32,000 nt of DNA from Ferroglobus placidus DSM 10642 (GTDB lineage: Archaea > Halobacteriota > Archaeoglobi > Archaeoglobales > Archaeoglobaceae), in the NCBI RefSeq assembly GCF_000025505.1, contig NC_013849.1:960001-992000 (forward strand). Direction: 5' to 3'. The notes under the pieces are model-generated. The model ran no database searches. It had not been told where the DNA came from and saw only the letters and a list, made by a program, of their open reading frames with translations. This document shows positions 9,704 to 17,760 of the stretch, piece after piece. The position numbers and the translations under genes were made by a program. The first letter of the stretch is position 1. Each line of letters begins with the position of its first letter.

Positions 9704-10510
9704 CTAAATCAATTCCGCTCTGCGCAAAGCATCCTTTAGATCTACCCATCCTTTTCCGATTTCTGCCCTTATCAGCCAGTGGATCTCACTTAAAAGCAGA
9801 CCGTATCCTTTATTACCCAGTACACCCTTTGCGTTATAAAGTTTTAAAGTATTGCTGATTTCCCAAGTCGACTTAAACGCGGCCCTGTAGCCTATTTTCC
9901 CCTCTATGAAGGCTATGTCTGCCCCAAGCAAAAATAGATTTTTGTAGAATTCCCAGTAATGTTCATTTTTATCACTTGGCAGTTTTAAAGAAGAGTAGTA
10001 CAGGTTATTGTAGGAATCAACAAGAGGGACATAAGACATCGTCTTCCTAGCAACCTTTAGTTTCTCGTAGTACTCTCTTGAGACCTTAATTTTCGGTATC
10101 TCGGTTTTAAAATGCTCATTTATAGTCTCTATAATGTGATTTATCCTATAGGTTTGTCTTTTGAAGGTCTCATAGTCTTCAAAAAGTGTGTCGTTAATCG
10201 GACCACCTATGTCTTCCTTTATTATTTTGGCAAGGTCATCTGCTAGCATCTTTGAATCATTTGGTATCGTAATGTCTTCGGTCAGAGCTTGAAAGTAGAA
10301 ATTAAAAAGTATAATTCTCTCTTTCAAGTCTTTAAATAGATCATAAACGATTTCTTGGTTGAAACCTCTCTTACTTGCAAGTTCAATTAGTTTTTCTTTC
10401 ATCACTTCAGCAGTGTTTGCGGTCTGATCTATCAACTTTTCCTTAATCTGTTGTTGAGAACAGCCTGAAATAAGTATAGAAACAAGAACTAGGACCAATA
10501 GAGTTCTCAT
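9704..10510 (-). CDS. Hypothetical lipoprotein, predicted mostly helical
   Basis: Signal peptide with lipobox MRTLLVLVLVSILISGC. Single 268-aa ORF. Confidence 0.7.
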   Translation of the reverse strand: MRTLLVLVLVSILISGCSQQQIKEKLIDQTANTAEVMKEKLIELASKRGFNQEIVYDLFKDLKERIILFNFYFQALTEDITIPNDSKMLADDLAKIIKEDIGGPINDTLFEDYETFKRQTYRINHIIETINEHFKTEIPKIKVSREYYEKLKVARKTMSYVPLVDSYNNLYYSSLKLPSDKNEHYWEFYKNLFLLGADIAFIEGKIGYRAAFKSTWEISNTLKLYNAKGVLGNKGYGLLLSEIHWLIRAEIGKGWVDLKDALRRAELI

Positions 10511-10782
10511 AGCTTTTTTGCTTTTCTTAGGATCAGATCATAATTCTCCTTAGGAATTTCTCTCATAGCTTTGCTCTGAATACATCCTGTCTTATTTTTG
10601 TCCACTAATACTTCTGAGGTTACCTTATAAGCAGCAAAAAATCCTTCTTTCTATTGACTTCCCAATTCCTCCCCTCACCCGTAACACAAAGCCAATACAA
10701 CATTTCAAACACCATACAATCCTTGAAGTTGATTAACTTTTTTGTTGTGGGGCCTAACTCGAACCCCCAACTACATATCGTA

Positions 10783-11250
10783 CTACCTACTTTCCCTAAT
10801 TTCTTTAATCTTTATGGAACTCCCTAAGAGTCTCTTTAAGTCTCGTCTCAAAAAATGTACTTGCTCTGGAGGTATGTTGAACTCTTTTGAGATCTTAAGC
10901 AACTTATCAAGATACTCAAGTTCTTTAATCGCTAAATCTTTACTTTTTAGGTCTATTTCTTTTTTGATATTTAAAATTTCTAAAAACATCTTTACTGCTC
11001 TCAACAAAGCTGTAGCTGTTAATACGATCTCCAATGGTGAATCCTTTGACATTTTCCTTATTTTTAATTCCAAACCTCTCGGCAATCTCCTCCATCTTCT
11101 ATAAAAGTCGGGACTATACAAAATTGGTTGATGCGGATTCTCTTTAATCATGACACATCTATCATAAAGAAAAGCTAAGTCAACAAGAAATTCGGATAAA
11201 TCTCTCACAGAAAGTTCCTCATCCACCTCACAAATCAGAGTTATTTCCAT
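10783..11250 (-). CDS. Conserved-looking hypothetical protein (155 aa), accessory region
   Basis: SD-like gaggtg 5 nt before ATG at 11250. Coherent sequence with the motif KIRKMSKDSPLEIVL. Confidence 0.6.
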   Translation of the reverse strand: MEITLICEVDEELSVRDLSEFLVDLAFLYDRCVMIKENPHQPILYSPDFYRRWRRLPRGLELKIRKMSKDSPLEIVLTATALLRAVKMFLEILNIKKEIDLKSKDLAIKELEYLDKLLKISKEFNIPPEQVHFLRRDLKRLLGSSIKIKEIRESR

Positions 11251-11264
11251 ACCGACACCTCACA

Positions 11265-11465
11265 TTATCTCAAACCTTTTCTTTGGAATTCTCCCGGCTC
11301 AAGTATGTGTAACCAAAACAGGTATGAATAGACTCTCGATACACTTATTCCTCGGGCTATTAAATCATAGGCAAAATCCTGAATTGTAAAAAAGCTTTCC
11401 AGAAAGTTCGTTTCGTTCTTTGATAATGTTCCCCCATATTTCCTCTCGTCGTCATGAAATACCAT
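11265..11465 (-). CDS. Hypothetical small protein (about 66 aa), first gene of a two-gene cassette
   Basis: ATG at 11465 (MVFHDDERKYGG...) preceded by a strong SD ggaggtg; 14 nt upstream of the 155-aa ORF. Confidence 0.5.
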   Translation of the reverse strand: MVFHDDERKYGGTLSKNETNFLESFFTIQDFAYDLIARGISVSRVYSYLFWLHILEPGEFQRKGLR

Positions 11466-11966
11466 TGCTGTCACCTCCAGCAGGACTAACTTTTATATTT
11501 CAGCCATACTGTCATCCCTCGCTAGTTCCCTATATTTATTTTAGCAACTATCTTCCAAGCAGTATTTAAATAGTTTGATCAGTCTGAATTTTCCCCTCCT
11601 ACAAGCTCAAAAAGTTCTGTGTTTCCCACTTGGATTTCCAATTCTGTGCTTCCATCTCTAAATCCGGTTTTATTTTTCACAACTCATAAAAATTAGTATT
11701 TATTACAAATTTTTTATAAACAAAATAAATAAACTTATATGAATTTCCTAAAATATTCCGAAGTAATCAGGGAGTAATCACAATTTCCTCTGTCTACGAT
11801 CATCTATCTGAATTTAAACAATATGGCTTCGTAACGCATACAATTTCTGAATGTCGTAAAGTCTCTTCTCTCACCGAAAAAGTCAAACATTTAAATCGCC
11901 CATTCTTTTTCAGCTATTTTGCTCCTAATTCCAAAGCCGCTTTGTAGTCAATCAGCTACTTTTCAG

Positions 11967-12158
11967 TTAAGAATTTGTCAGAAGTCTCCAATGTATTTCC
12001 CTTAAACCAACTAAAAACAGTCTATCATCGTAAAATGAAATCGTGCTTTTCTCATCTTCTAAGAGTCGAAGGATTTGATCTACTCTAAGAATTCCCATTT
12101 TCTTAAGCCTCTTTACAGCAATTCCCGCGAGCGAGAAGAAAAACAGCTTCTGCTCCTC
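11967..12158 (-). pseudogene. Possible gene remnant, 63 stop-free codons without a proper start near the 5' end
   Basis: Translated by eye: EEQKLFFFSLAGIAVKRLKKMGILRVDQILRLLEDEKSTISFYDDRLFLVGLREIHWRLLTNS*. Amphipathic, protein-like composition; not in the supplied track. Confidence 0.3.
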
Positions 12159-12234
12159 TTAATCTAAGCAAAAGAGAAGTTTGTTTTAGCTGGGGAATCG
12201 AATTAAACCAATAAGGAATGAGACGTTTTCGAGA

Positions 12235-12687
12235 CTATATACCTAAGCGCGCTCTTAGCCATCGATTGTACTCTTCGAAGATTTCTTCTGGAATGGGGTT
12301 TACAACTGGAACGTCTCTCACCTTTCGCATTAGCTTTAAATCGACAGTGTAAATTGTGGCTTTGAACATTTTAGCTAATGCTACAATGTATCCATCCCAA
12401 GACTCGACGTTGTAACCTAAAGCATTCGTTAGCGAATCTAATGCAGCATCAACGCTAATATCTTCGTAAAAAGCCGGGGATCTGGTTTTCAGACTTCTAG
12501 TGAGGGCTTCGTACGCTGATACTTTTTCTACTTTTAAATATCTTGTCAAAATGTGGTAAGCGCCCAAGATTGCTGACGTGGGGATTATACACTTCTTCTT
12601 CCACTTTAGAACATCCGATAAAAATTCGAGTACAAAATCTTTGGCTGGATTCTCAAAGTGAGATATCTCTATTAACCCAACATCCAC
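12235..12687 (-). CDS. PIN-domain protein, VapC-like toxin; start re-assigned to GTG at 12687
   Basis: MDVGLIEISHFENP...NVESWDGYIVALAKMFKATIYTVDLKL. GTG overlaps the antitoxin stop (TAGTG, 12689..12685). Confidence 0.75.
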   Translation of the reverse strand: MDVGLIEISHFENPAKDFVLEFLSDVLKWKKKCIIPTSAILGAYHILTRYLKVEKVSAYEALTRSLKTRSPAFYEDISVDAALDSLTNALGYNVESWDGYIVALAKMFKATIYTVDLKLMRKVRDVPVVNPIPEEIFEEYNRWLRARLGI

Positions 12688-12959
12688 TACTCCTTCAATC
12701 CGATCTTTTCCAAACTGTACTTTCTCGTTATCCATTTATCTTCCTCCTCGACTTCAGAGACAAAAGCTTTCGGTGCGTTATTCTTCAAAAATTCAATCAA
12801 ATCGTCCACTTTTTTCTCAAGATCTTCCCTATAAACTCCAATCACTATCTCGTCCTCCCTTACACTCAGCGTAAGCTCGGAGTTCTCGTGAATGCTGAGT
12901 ATTTCCCTAATCTCCCTCGGCAGGACTATTCTCCCATACCTGTCAACCCTCACTTTCAC
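12687..12959 (-). CDS. AbrB/MazE-family antitoxin-like protein
   Basis: VRVDRYGRIVLPREIREILSIHENSELTLSVREDEIVI (SpoVT/AbrB swapped-hairpin domain). TATA-like tttataaa at 12981..12988 suggests a leaderless transcript. Confidence 0.85.
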   Translation of the reverse strand: MKVRVDRYGRIVLPREIREILSIHENSELTLSVREDEIVIGVYREDLEKKVDDLIEFLKNNAPKAFVSEVEEEDKWITRKYSLEKIGLKE

Positions 12960-13501
12960 GTTATACCATTAGATTGGAAATTTATAAAGTCTTTGGCAAA
13001 TGGTAAGTTCAATGGCAAAGATTATTAAGTGAACTGCTCGAATATAGCGGTTTGTTCACAATCAGCAATTCTCCTTTGCTCACTCTTCGTACCTTCATCT
13101 TTGAATATCGTCACTATGTTTCTCCACCCAAAGCTTTCTCCCTCTATTAATCTCTCCGGCTCGTAAGTTGTACAGCAACCTCTTCTTTCTTTGATATAAC
13201 TCCTGAACTAATCAACACTTTTCAGGTAGCTGTATTTACATATGCATCCTAAGTAATTTACTCAAAAATAAATAAATTATTTAAGGCTTGCAAATCTTGA
13301 AAACAACATTCCACAAATAGGGACTTCAGAGGAAAATACGAATTATTTCAAAGCGAGAATGTAAGAGATCTCTGCGGATGGACTTTCGCAGTTTAAGAAC
13401 TCCTACAAGAGTTTGACGTCCATATCGATTCTTCTGAAGACCCTTTCGTTTTAAATCCGATAAACCCGAGGAATACAAGGAGGTTGTTAAGTACCCAGTT
13501 T

Positions 13502-14056
13502 TTATCCAAAAATAGAATTCAGCTCGTTTAAAAACCATTTAATGTAATTCCTCACTCCTCGTTCACGAAGCTTAATTGCTTTTTTAGCCAATCTGTGAAT
13601 TTCGAAGCTGCGTTCTTCGTAAAATTCAATACCAGCGCTCAAAAACTTTTTCGAGTTCGGCAGCTTTTTAAGCTCCACGCTAAGGTAATAAGAAGGAGCG
13701 ACCAAATCTGGATGTCTTGCGTAAGTCCATATCTCGCAGGCTTTTTCACCCTTCGGAATTCGCTGGGTGTACAGAAAAGAATACTCGGTTTTCAAAGCCT
13801 TCGACCTAACCTTTTCCTGCTGCCACTGAATGAGGTGAGTTACTTCGTGAGCTACGGTATGATAAAGAATCCTTTTCGGTTTTTTTAGGATGATGGGGTT
13901 CAAAGCGATTTTCCAGTCTCGCAAGTACTTCCCGTAAGCTGAGCCGGTGTAGTAAAGTAAAACGCCGTCAATTTCTGGAAAGTAGCGTTTGATAACTTTT
14001 TTAACTTCTTCTTCAAGCTTTTTCGGGATTCTTTTTGACTTAACAACGACCCGCAT
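13502..14056 (-). CDS. Predicted zinc metallopeptidase (HEXXH)
   Basis: LYHTVAHEVTHLIQWQQ. Start ATG directly abuts the stop codon of the pilin-like gene (TGA ATG). Confidence 0.7.
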   Translation of the reverse strand: MRVVVKSKRIPKKLEEEVKKVIKRYFPEIDGVLLYYTGSAYGKYLRDWKIALNPIILKKPKRILYHTVAHEVTHLIQWQQEKVRSKALKTEYSFLYTQRIPKGEKACEIWTYARHPDLVAPSYYLSVELKKLPNSKKFLSAGIEFYEERSFEIHRLAKKAIKLRERGVRNYIKWFLNELNSIFG

Positions 14057-14599
14057 TCAAACGATTTTCTCAAGCTTCGCTAATATCAACCCGCTTTCGA
14101 TATCTATAACTTCCACCTGTACGACGTCGCCTCTTTCAAGCTTTACGCTATCGCTTTTTATTCTGAAACCGATGAACTCTCCGGAAGAGAAATAGCCGTC
14201 GCTACTTTTGTGAAGTTCTCCAAGAACAGTGTAGCCGAGATCCGACTCATCAATAATGTCGTCTCCGCTGCAAAACGCTTCCGAGAAATTATTTACTGGA
14301 AATCCCTGACACGCTACTTGTTTTAAAAGCTCTCCATCTCTATATATCTTTACCACGAGCTTTACTTTTCCCACGTATATGCTATCTCCACCGTTGTTGT
14401 AGATCTTTACTATTTGAGAGGTGTTACCCAATCCGGCTTCGTGTGGAGTTATCTTCTCGCTTATCCCCAGAACTGCGAATATCGGCTCTTTTAGCTTCGA
14501 GAAGTCTATACCCGAATAAAACATCGCAGATAACAAAACAGTAATAGCGAGTGCTAAGAGTACTCCGAAGGTTGGGGTTAAAGCTTTATCTTCTTTCAT
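14057..14599 (-). CDS. Archaeal type IV pilin-like protein
   Basis: N-terminus MKEDKALTPTFGVLLALAITVLLSAMFYSG resembles the class III signal and hydrophobic helix of archaeal pilins, followed by a beta-rich domain. Confidence 0.72.
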   Translation of the reverse strand: MKEDKALTPTFGVLLALAITVLLSAMFYSGIDFSKLKEPIFAVLGISEKITPHEAGLGNTSQIVKIYNNGGDSIYVGKVKLVVKIYRDGELLKQVACQGFPVNNFSEAFCSGDDIIDESDLGYTVLGELHKSSDGYFSSGEFIGFRIKSDSVKLERGDVVQVEVIDIESGLILAKLEKIV

Positions 14600-14678
14600 T
14601 TTAGAAAACTACCTTCGAAGAGTATAATAACTTTCTCATCGGATATCTTTATTAACTTCTACTGTTCAAAATTCAAAC

Positions 14679-14885
14679 ATGGAGGACATGAACAAGGCTA
14701 TTTTGAGGGCTCTCGCAGAAATTGGAAGAGCAGCTTCATCCAAGGAAATAGCGGAAAAGCTTGGAGTCCCGACGAGCAAGGTAAGCTGCAGATTAGCTCC
14801 GCTGAAAAAGAAAGGGCTGATAGAATCTCCGGAAAAAGGAAAGTGGGTAATAACCGAAGAGGGTAAGAAGGCTATCGAAGCATGA
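14679..14885 (+). CDS. Small winged-helix regulator
   Basis: MNKAILRALAEIGRAASSKEIAEKLGVPTSKVSCRLAPLKKKGLIESPEKGKWVITEEGKKAIEA; overlaps the next start codon. Confidence 0.7.
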   Translation: MEDMNKAILRALAEIGRAASSKEIAEKLGVPTSKVSCRLAPLKKKGLIESPEKGKWVITEEGKKAIEA

Positions 14886-15631
14886 AGGTCATAGTTTCTC
14901 TTCATTTAAAACCACTTCCCGGCTCTCCAAATTTTTTAAACTTCGAAGACTGTATAGATCATGCTGTTAGAAATGCTATTTTAATCGAAAACTGCGGAGC
15001 AGATGCGATAATAATAGAGAACTTCAACGATAAGCCTTTTTTCATGAAAGCACCTCCTGAAACGATCGCTTCCATGAGCGTTATTGTGAGAGAAGTAATC
15101 AGAGAGGTTAGCATTCCGGTAGGAGTAAACGTTTTGAGAAATGATGGTGTAGCTGCTTTAGCAATAGCAAAAGCTGCCGGAGCTAAATTTGTTAGAGTTA
15201 ATCAGATGATATTTCCGGCAGCAATGCCAGAAGGTTTCGCAAAACCCATCGCAGCGAAGATGGCGAGGTACAAAAGACTTCTTAACTGCGACGCTAAGAT
15301 ATTCGCAGATATCTCCGTCAAACATTCCGTGCAGCTTGCGAAAATCGAAGACTTCGTTGACAATATCGACAGAGCTTACTGCGATGCGGTAATCGTGACT
15401 GGAAAGAAGACTGGCAAGCCTCCAGAGGCAAGTACTTTAAGAAAAATAAAGGAACTCGTGGACGTGCCGGTAATTCTCGGAAGCGGAGCCACTCCCGAAA
15501 ACCTGAGAAAGTACGAGGCTGATGGAGTTATAGTCGGAACTTACGTGAAGGAAGGAGAAGAATACTCCTGCGAAAAGTTAAAGCGAGTTGTTTCCGAGGC
15601 TAAAAAGCTTGGAGGAGAGTTAGATTTATAG
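14882..15631 (+). CDS. BtpA/SgcQ family TIM-barrel protein
   Basis: HLKPLPGSPN, NAILIENCGADAIIIENFND, VGVNVLRND, ADISVKHS, VIVTGKKTG, VILGSGATPENL. Confidence 0.88.
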   Translation: MKVIVSLHLKPLPGSPNFLNFEDCIDHAVRNAILIENCGADAIIIENFNDKPFFMKAPPETIASMSVIVREVIREVSIPVGVNVLRNDGVAALAIAKAAGAKFVRVNQMIFPAAMPEGFAKPIAAKMARYKRLLNCDAKIFADISVKHSVQLAKIEDFVDNIDRAYCDAVIVTGKKTGKPPEASTLRKIKELVDVPVILGSGATPENLRKYEADGVIVGTYVKEGEEYSCEKLKRVVSEAKKLGGELDL

Positions 15632-15681
15632 CTCCTTTGGTATTACGCACCATTACGGGAAAAGGGTTAAATAACTTTAAA

Positions 15682-15698
15682 ACTTAACGGTGTTAAGT
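15682..15698. promoter_or_regulatory. Perfect 7-3-7 palindrome ACTTAAC-GGT-GTTAAGT abutting the tusA-like start codon; candidate operator
   Basis: Read directly; ends one base before ATG at 15699. Confidence 0.45.
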
Positions 15699-15917
15699 AT
15701 GAAGAAAGTTGATTGCATTGGGTTGTTCTGCCCCATGCCCCTTTACATGACGAGGAAAGCCGTAGAGGAAGCTGAAAAAGGTGAAATTATAGAAGTTCTC
15801 GCCGATGATCCGGCAGCTAAGAAAGATATTCCGGAGTGGGCTGAGAGGATGGGGCATGAGGTACTGGAAATAGAAGAGAAGGATGGAATTTACAGAATCG
15901 TGATTAGGAAGGGGTGA
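15699..15917 (+). CDS. TusA/SirA-family sulfur carrier-like protein
   Basis: [63 protein letters not shown], with conserved CPMP. Confidence 0.88.
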   Translation: MKKVDCIGLFCPMPLYMTRKAVEEAEKGEIIEVLADDPAAKKDIPEWAERMGHEVLEIEEKDGIYRIVIRKG

Positions 15918-15922
15918 TGTGT

Positions 15923-17083
15923 ATGCCTTACATGGATTACGTTTCGGGCTGTCCTGTGGATGAAAGAGTTATCGAAGCTATGCTCCCCTACTTTAAGCAT
16001 CCCGGAAACCCTTCATCAATTCACTCGGTAGGATTGGAGGCAAGAAATGCTATGGAAGAGGCGAGAGGAAAAGTCGCTTCTCTCATAAACGCCGACTCAA
16101 GCGAGATAGTTTTTACGAGCGGAGCGACGGAATCGAACAACCTCGCCATAATAGGATACGCGACGAGGAACAAAAGTAAAGGCAAACACATAATCGTAAG
16201 TGCTATAGAGCACATTTCAGTTATAAATTGCGCAAAGTTTCTTCAAAAAAACGGATTCGAAGTGGATTACGCTCCCGTCGACAGCTACGGGAAGGTAAAG
16301 CTCGATGAGCTCGAAAATCTTGTTAGAGAAGATACGATTCTCGTTTCAATACAGCACGCCAACCCCGAAATCGGAACGATTCAGGATATCGAAAAGATCA
16401 GAGATGCTATAAAAGATGTTACTCTACACGTCGACGCCACAGCGAGTTTGGGAAAGATAGAAGTAAACGTGGAAAAACTTGGCGCCGACATGCTCACAAT
16501 TTCTTCAAACGACATATATGGTCCGAGAGGAGTCGGAGCTCTCTACATAAGGAAGGGCGTAAGAGTTAACCCCGTAATACTCGGAGGAGGTCAAGAGAGG
16601 GGACTAAGAGGAGGTACTGAGAACGTTGCAGCTATAGTTGGATTTGGTAGGGCGGCTGAAATTACGATGGAGGAGTGGAAGAGCGAAGCTGAAAGGCTTA
16701 AAAAGATGAGGGATCGGCTTATAGAAGGTCTGCTAAAGATAGAGGACACGTTCCTCAACGGGCATCCTACTGAAAGATTGCCCAACAACGCTTCGGTGAG
16801 GTTCAGCTACATAGAAGGGGAGTCGATAATTCTCAGCCTCGACATGGAGGGGATTCAAGCCTCTACAGGCTCAGCATGTACATCCAAAACTCTTCAGCCA
16901 TCTCACGTCCTCATGGCAATAGGCTTAAAGCACGAAGAAGCTCACGGGAGCGTTGTTTTCAGCCTTGGAAGGTGGAATAAAGAGGAAGATGTCGACTACG
17001 TCCTCGAAAAGCTTCCACCGATAATAGAGAGGCTCAGAATGATGTCCCCCTTATACTTAAAAAAGAAGAAGGGAGGTGGTTAG
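15923..17083 (+). CDS. iscS: IscS/NifS-family cysteine desulfurase homologue lacking the PLP-binding lysine
   Basis: [49 protein letters not shown] (ND in place of the usual HK), [15 protein letters not shown] catalytic Cys loop. Start probably ATG 15923 (MPYMDY); ORF track opens at 15914. Confidence 0.93.
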   Translation: MPYMDYVSGCPVDERVIEAMLPYFKHPGNPSSIHSVGLEARNAMEEARGKVASLINADSSEIVFTSGATESNNLAIIGYATRNKSKGKHIIVSAIEHISVINCAKFLQKNGFEVDYAPVDSYGKVKLDELENLVREDTILVSIQHANPEIGTIQDIEKIRDAIKDVTLHVDATASLGKIEVNVEKLGADMLTISSNDIYGPRGVGALYIRKGVRVNPVILGGGQERGLRGGTENVAAIVGFGRAAEITMEEWKSEAERLKKMRDRLIEGLLKIEDTFLNGHPTERLPNNASVRFSYIEGESIILSLDMEGIQASTGSACTSKTLQPSHVLMAIGLKHEEAHGSVVFSLGRWNKEEDVDYVLEKLPPIIERLRMMSPLYLKKKKGGG

Positions 17084-17084
17084 T

Positions 17085-17528
17085 TTGTATAGCGAGAAGG
17101 TAATGGAGCATTTCAGAAATCCGCGAAATGTTGGAGTTATCGAAGACGCTGACGGCGTTGGAACCGTCGGCAATCCGGTTTGCGGAGATATGATGACCAT
17201 CTACATCAAAGTCAAGGACGATAAAATAGTGGACATAAAATTCCAAACATTCGGTTGTGCGGCGGCAATAGCAACAAGCAGCATGGCTACAGAGCTTGCG
17301 AAGGGAAAGACGCTTGAAGAGGCTTTAAAAATTACGAAGAAAACAGTGGCTGAGGCTTTAGGAGGTTTACCTCCTCAGAAGATGCACTGCTCGAATCTTG
17401 CAGCGGAAGCTTTGAAAAGAGCTATAGCAGACTACTTGAAAAAGCAGGGGAGAATTGACGAGCTGAAAAGACTGGGACTGGATAAGCTGAGTGAAGAGGA
17501 GCATGAGGAAGAAGTTTGCGAAGTTTGA
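17085..17528 (+). CDS. iscU: IscU/NifU-like Fe-S scaffold protein with charged C-terminal extension
   Basis: YSEKVMEHFRNPRNVG, GNPVCGDMM, FGCAAAIATSSMATE, HCSNLAAEAL. TTG 17085 follows SD ggaggtg; ORF track opens at 17076. Confidence 0.93.
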   Translation: MYSEKVMEHFRNPRNVGVIEDADGVGTVGNPVCGDMMTIYIKVKDDKIVDIKFQTFGCAAAIATSSMATELAKGKTLEEALKITKKTVAEALGGLPPQKMHCSNLAAEALKRAIADYLKKQGRIDELKRLGLDKLSEEEHEEEVCEV

Positions 17529-17572
17529 ATTACCGAAACTTTTTTAATCATACTTTTTAGACTCTAAATCAG

Positions 17573-17643
17573 GCGCGGGTAGTCTAGTGGTAGGACAACG
17601 GCCTTCCGAGCCGTTAGCCCGGGTTCGAATCCCGGCCCGCGCA
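17573..17643 (+). tRNA. tRNA-Gly (anticodon TCC)
   Basis: Acceptor gcgcggg/cccgcgc, anticodon arm ACGGC-CTTCCGA-GCCGT, T arm CCGGG-TTCGAAT-CCCGG, discriminator A. Confidence 0.96.
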
Positions 17644-17711
17644 TATCTTGCGTAACGTCAGCTCTTGTTCTTTTTCTTTTAATTAAAACGAATTAGTAAG
17701 CTCAAACGAGT

Positions 17712-17744
17712 CTTTCATCCGTAAAGTTCATGTACGGAGGAAAG
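17712..17744 (+). promoter_or_regulatory. Candidate 5' leader hairpin upstream of the COG3044-type ATPase
   Basis: CTTTCATCCGTA-aagttcatg-TACGGAGGAAAG: 12-nt arms with one mismatch; includes GGAGG. AGTCTTT (17709..17715) could instead pair with AAAGACT (17749..17755). Confidence 0.35.
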
Positions 17745-17760
17745 AGTTAAAGACTTTCAA

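Noticed and set aside
10742-11104. Forward ORF of 120 aa across the orphan cassette
   Set aside because: The reverse strand has proper SDs and starts for two ORFs; the forward ORF lacks these and is Ser/Leu/Asn-rich.
12543-13028. Forward ORF of 161 aa across the PIN/AbrB pair
   Set aside because: Antisense to recognisable AbrB and PIN domains.
9340-14056. Intact provirus, plasmid or IS element
   Set aside because: No integrase, transposase, replication or capsid-like ORF, and no terminal inverted repeats seen by eye. Only a decayed-island hypothesis is kept.
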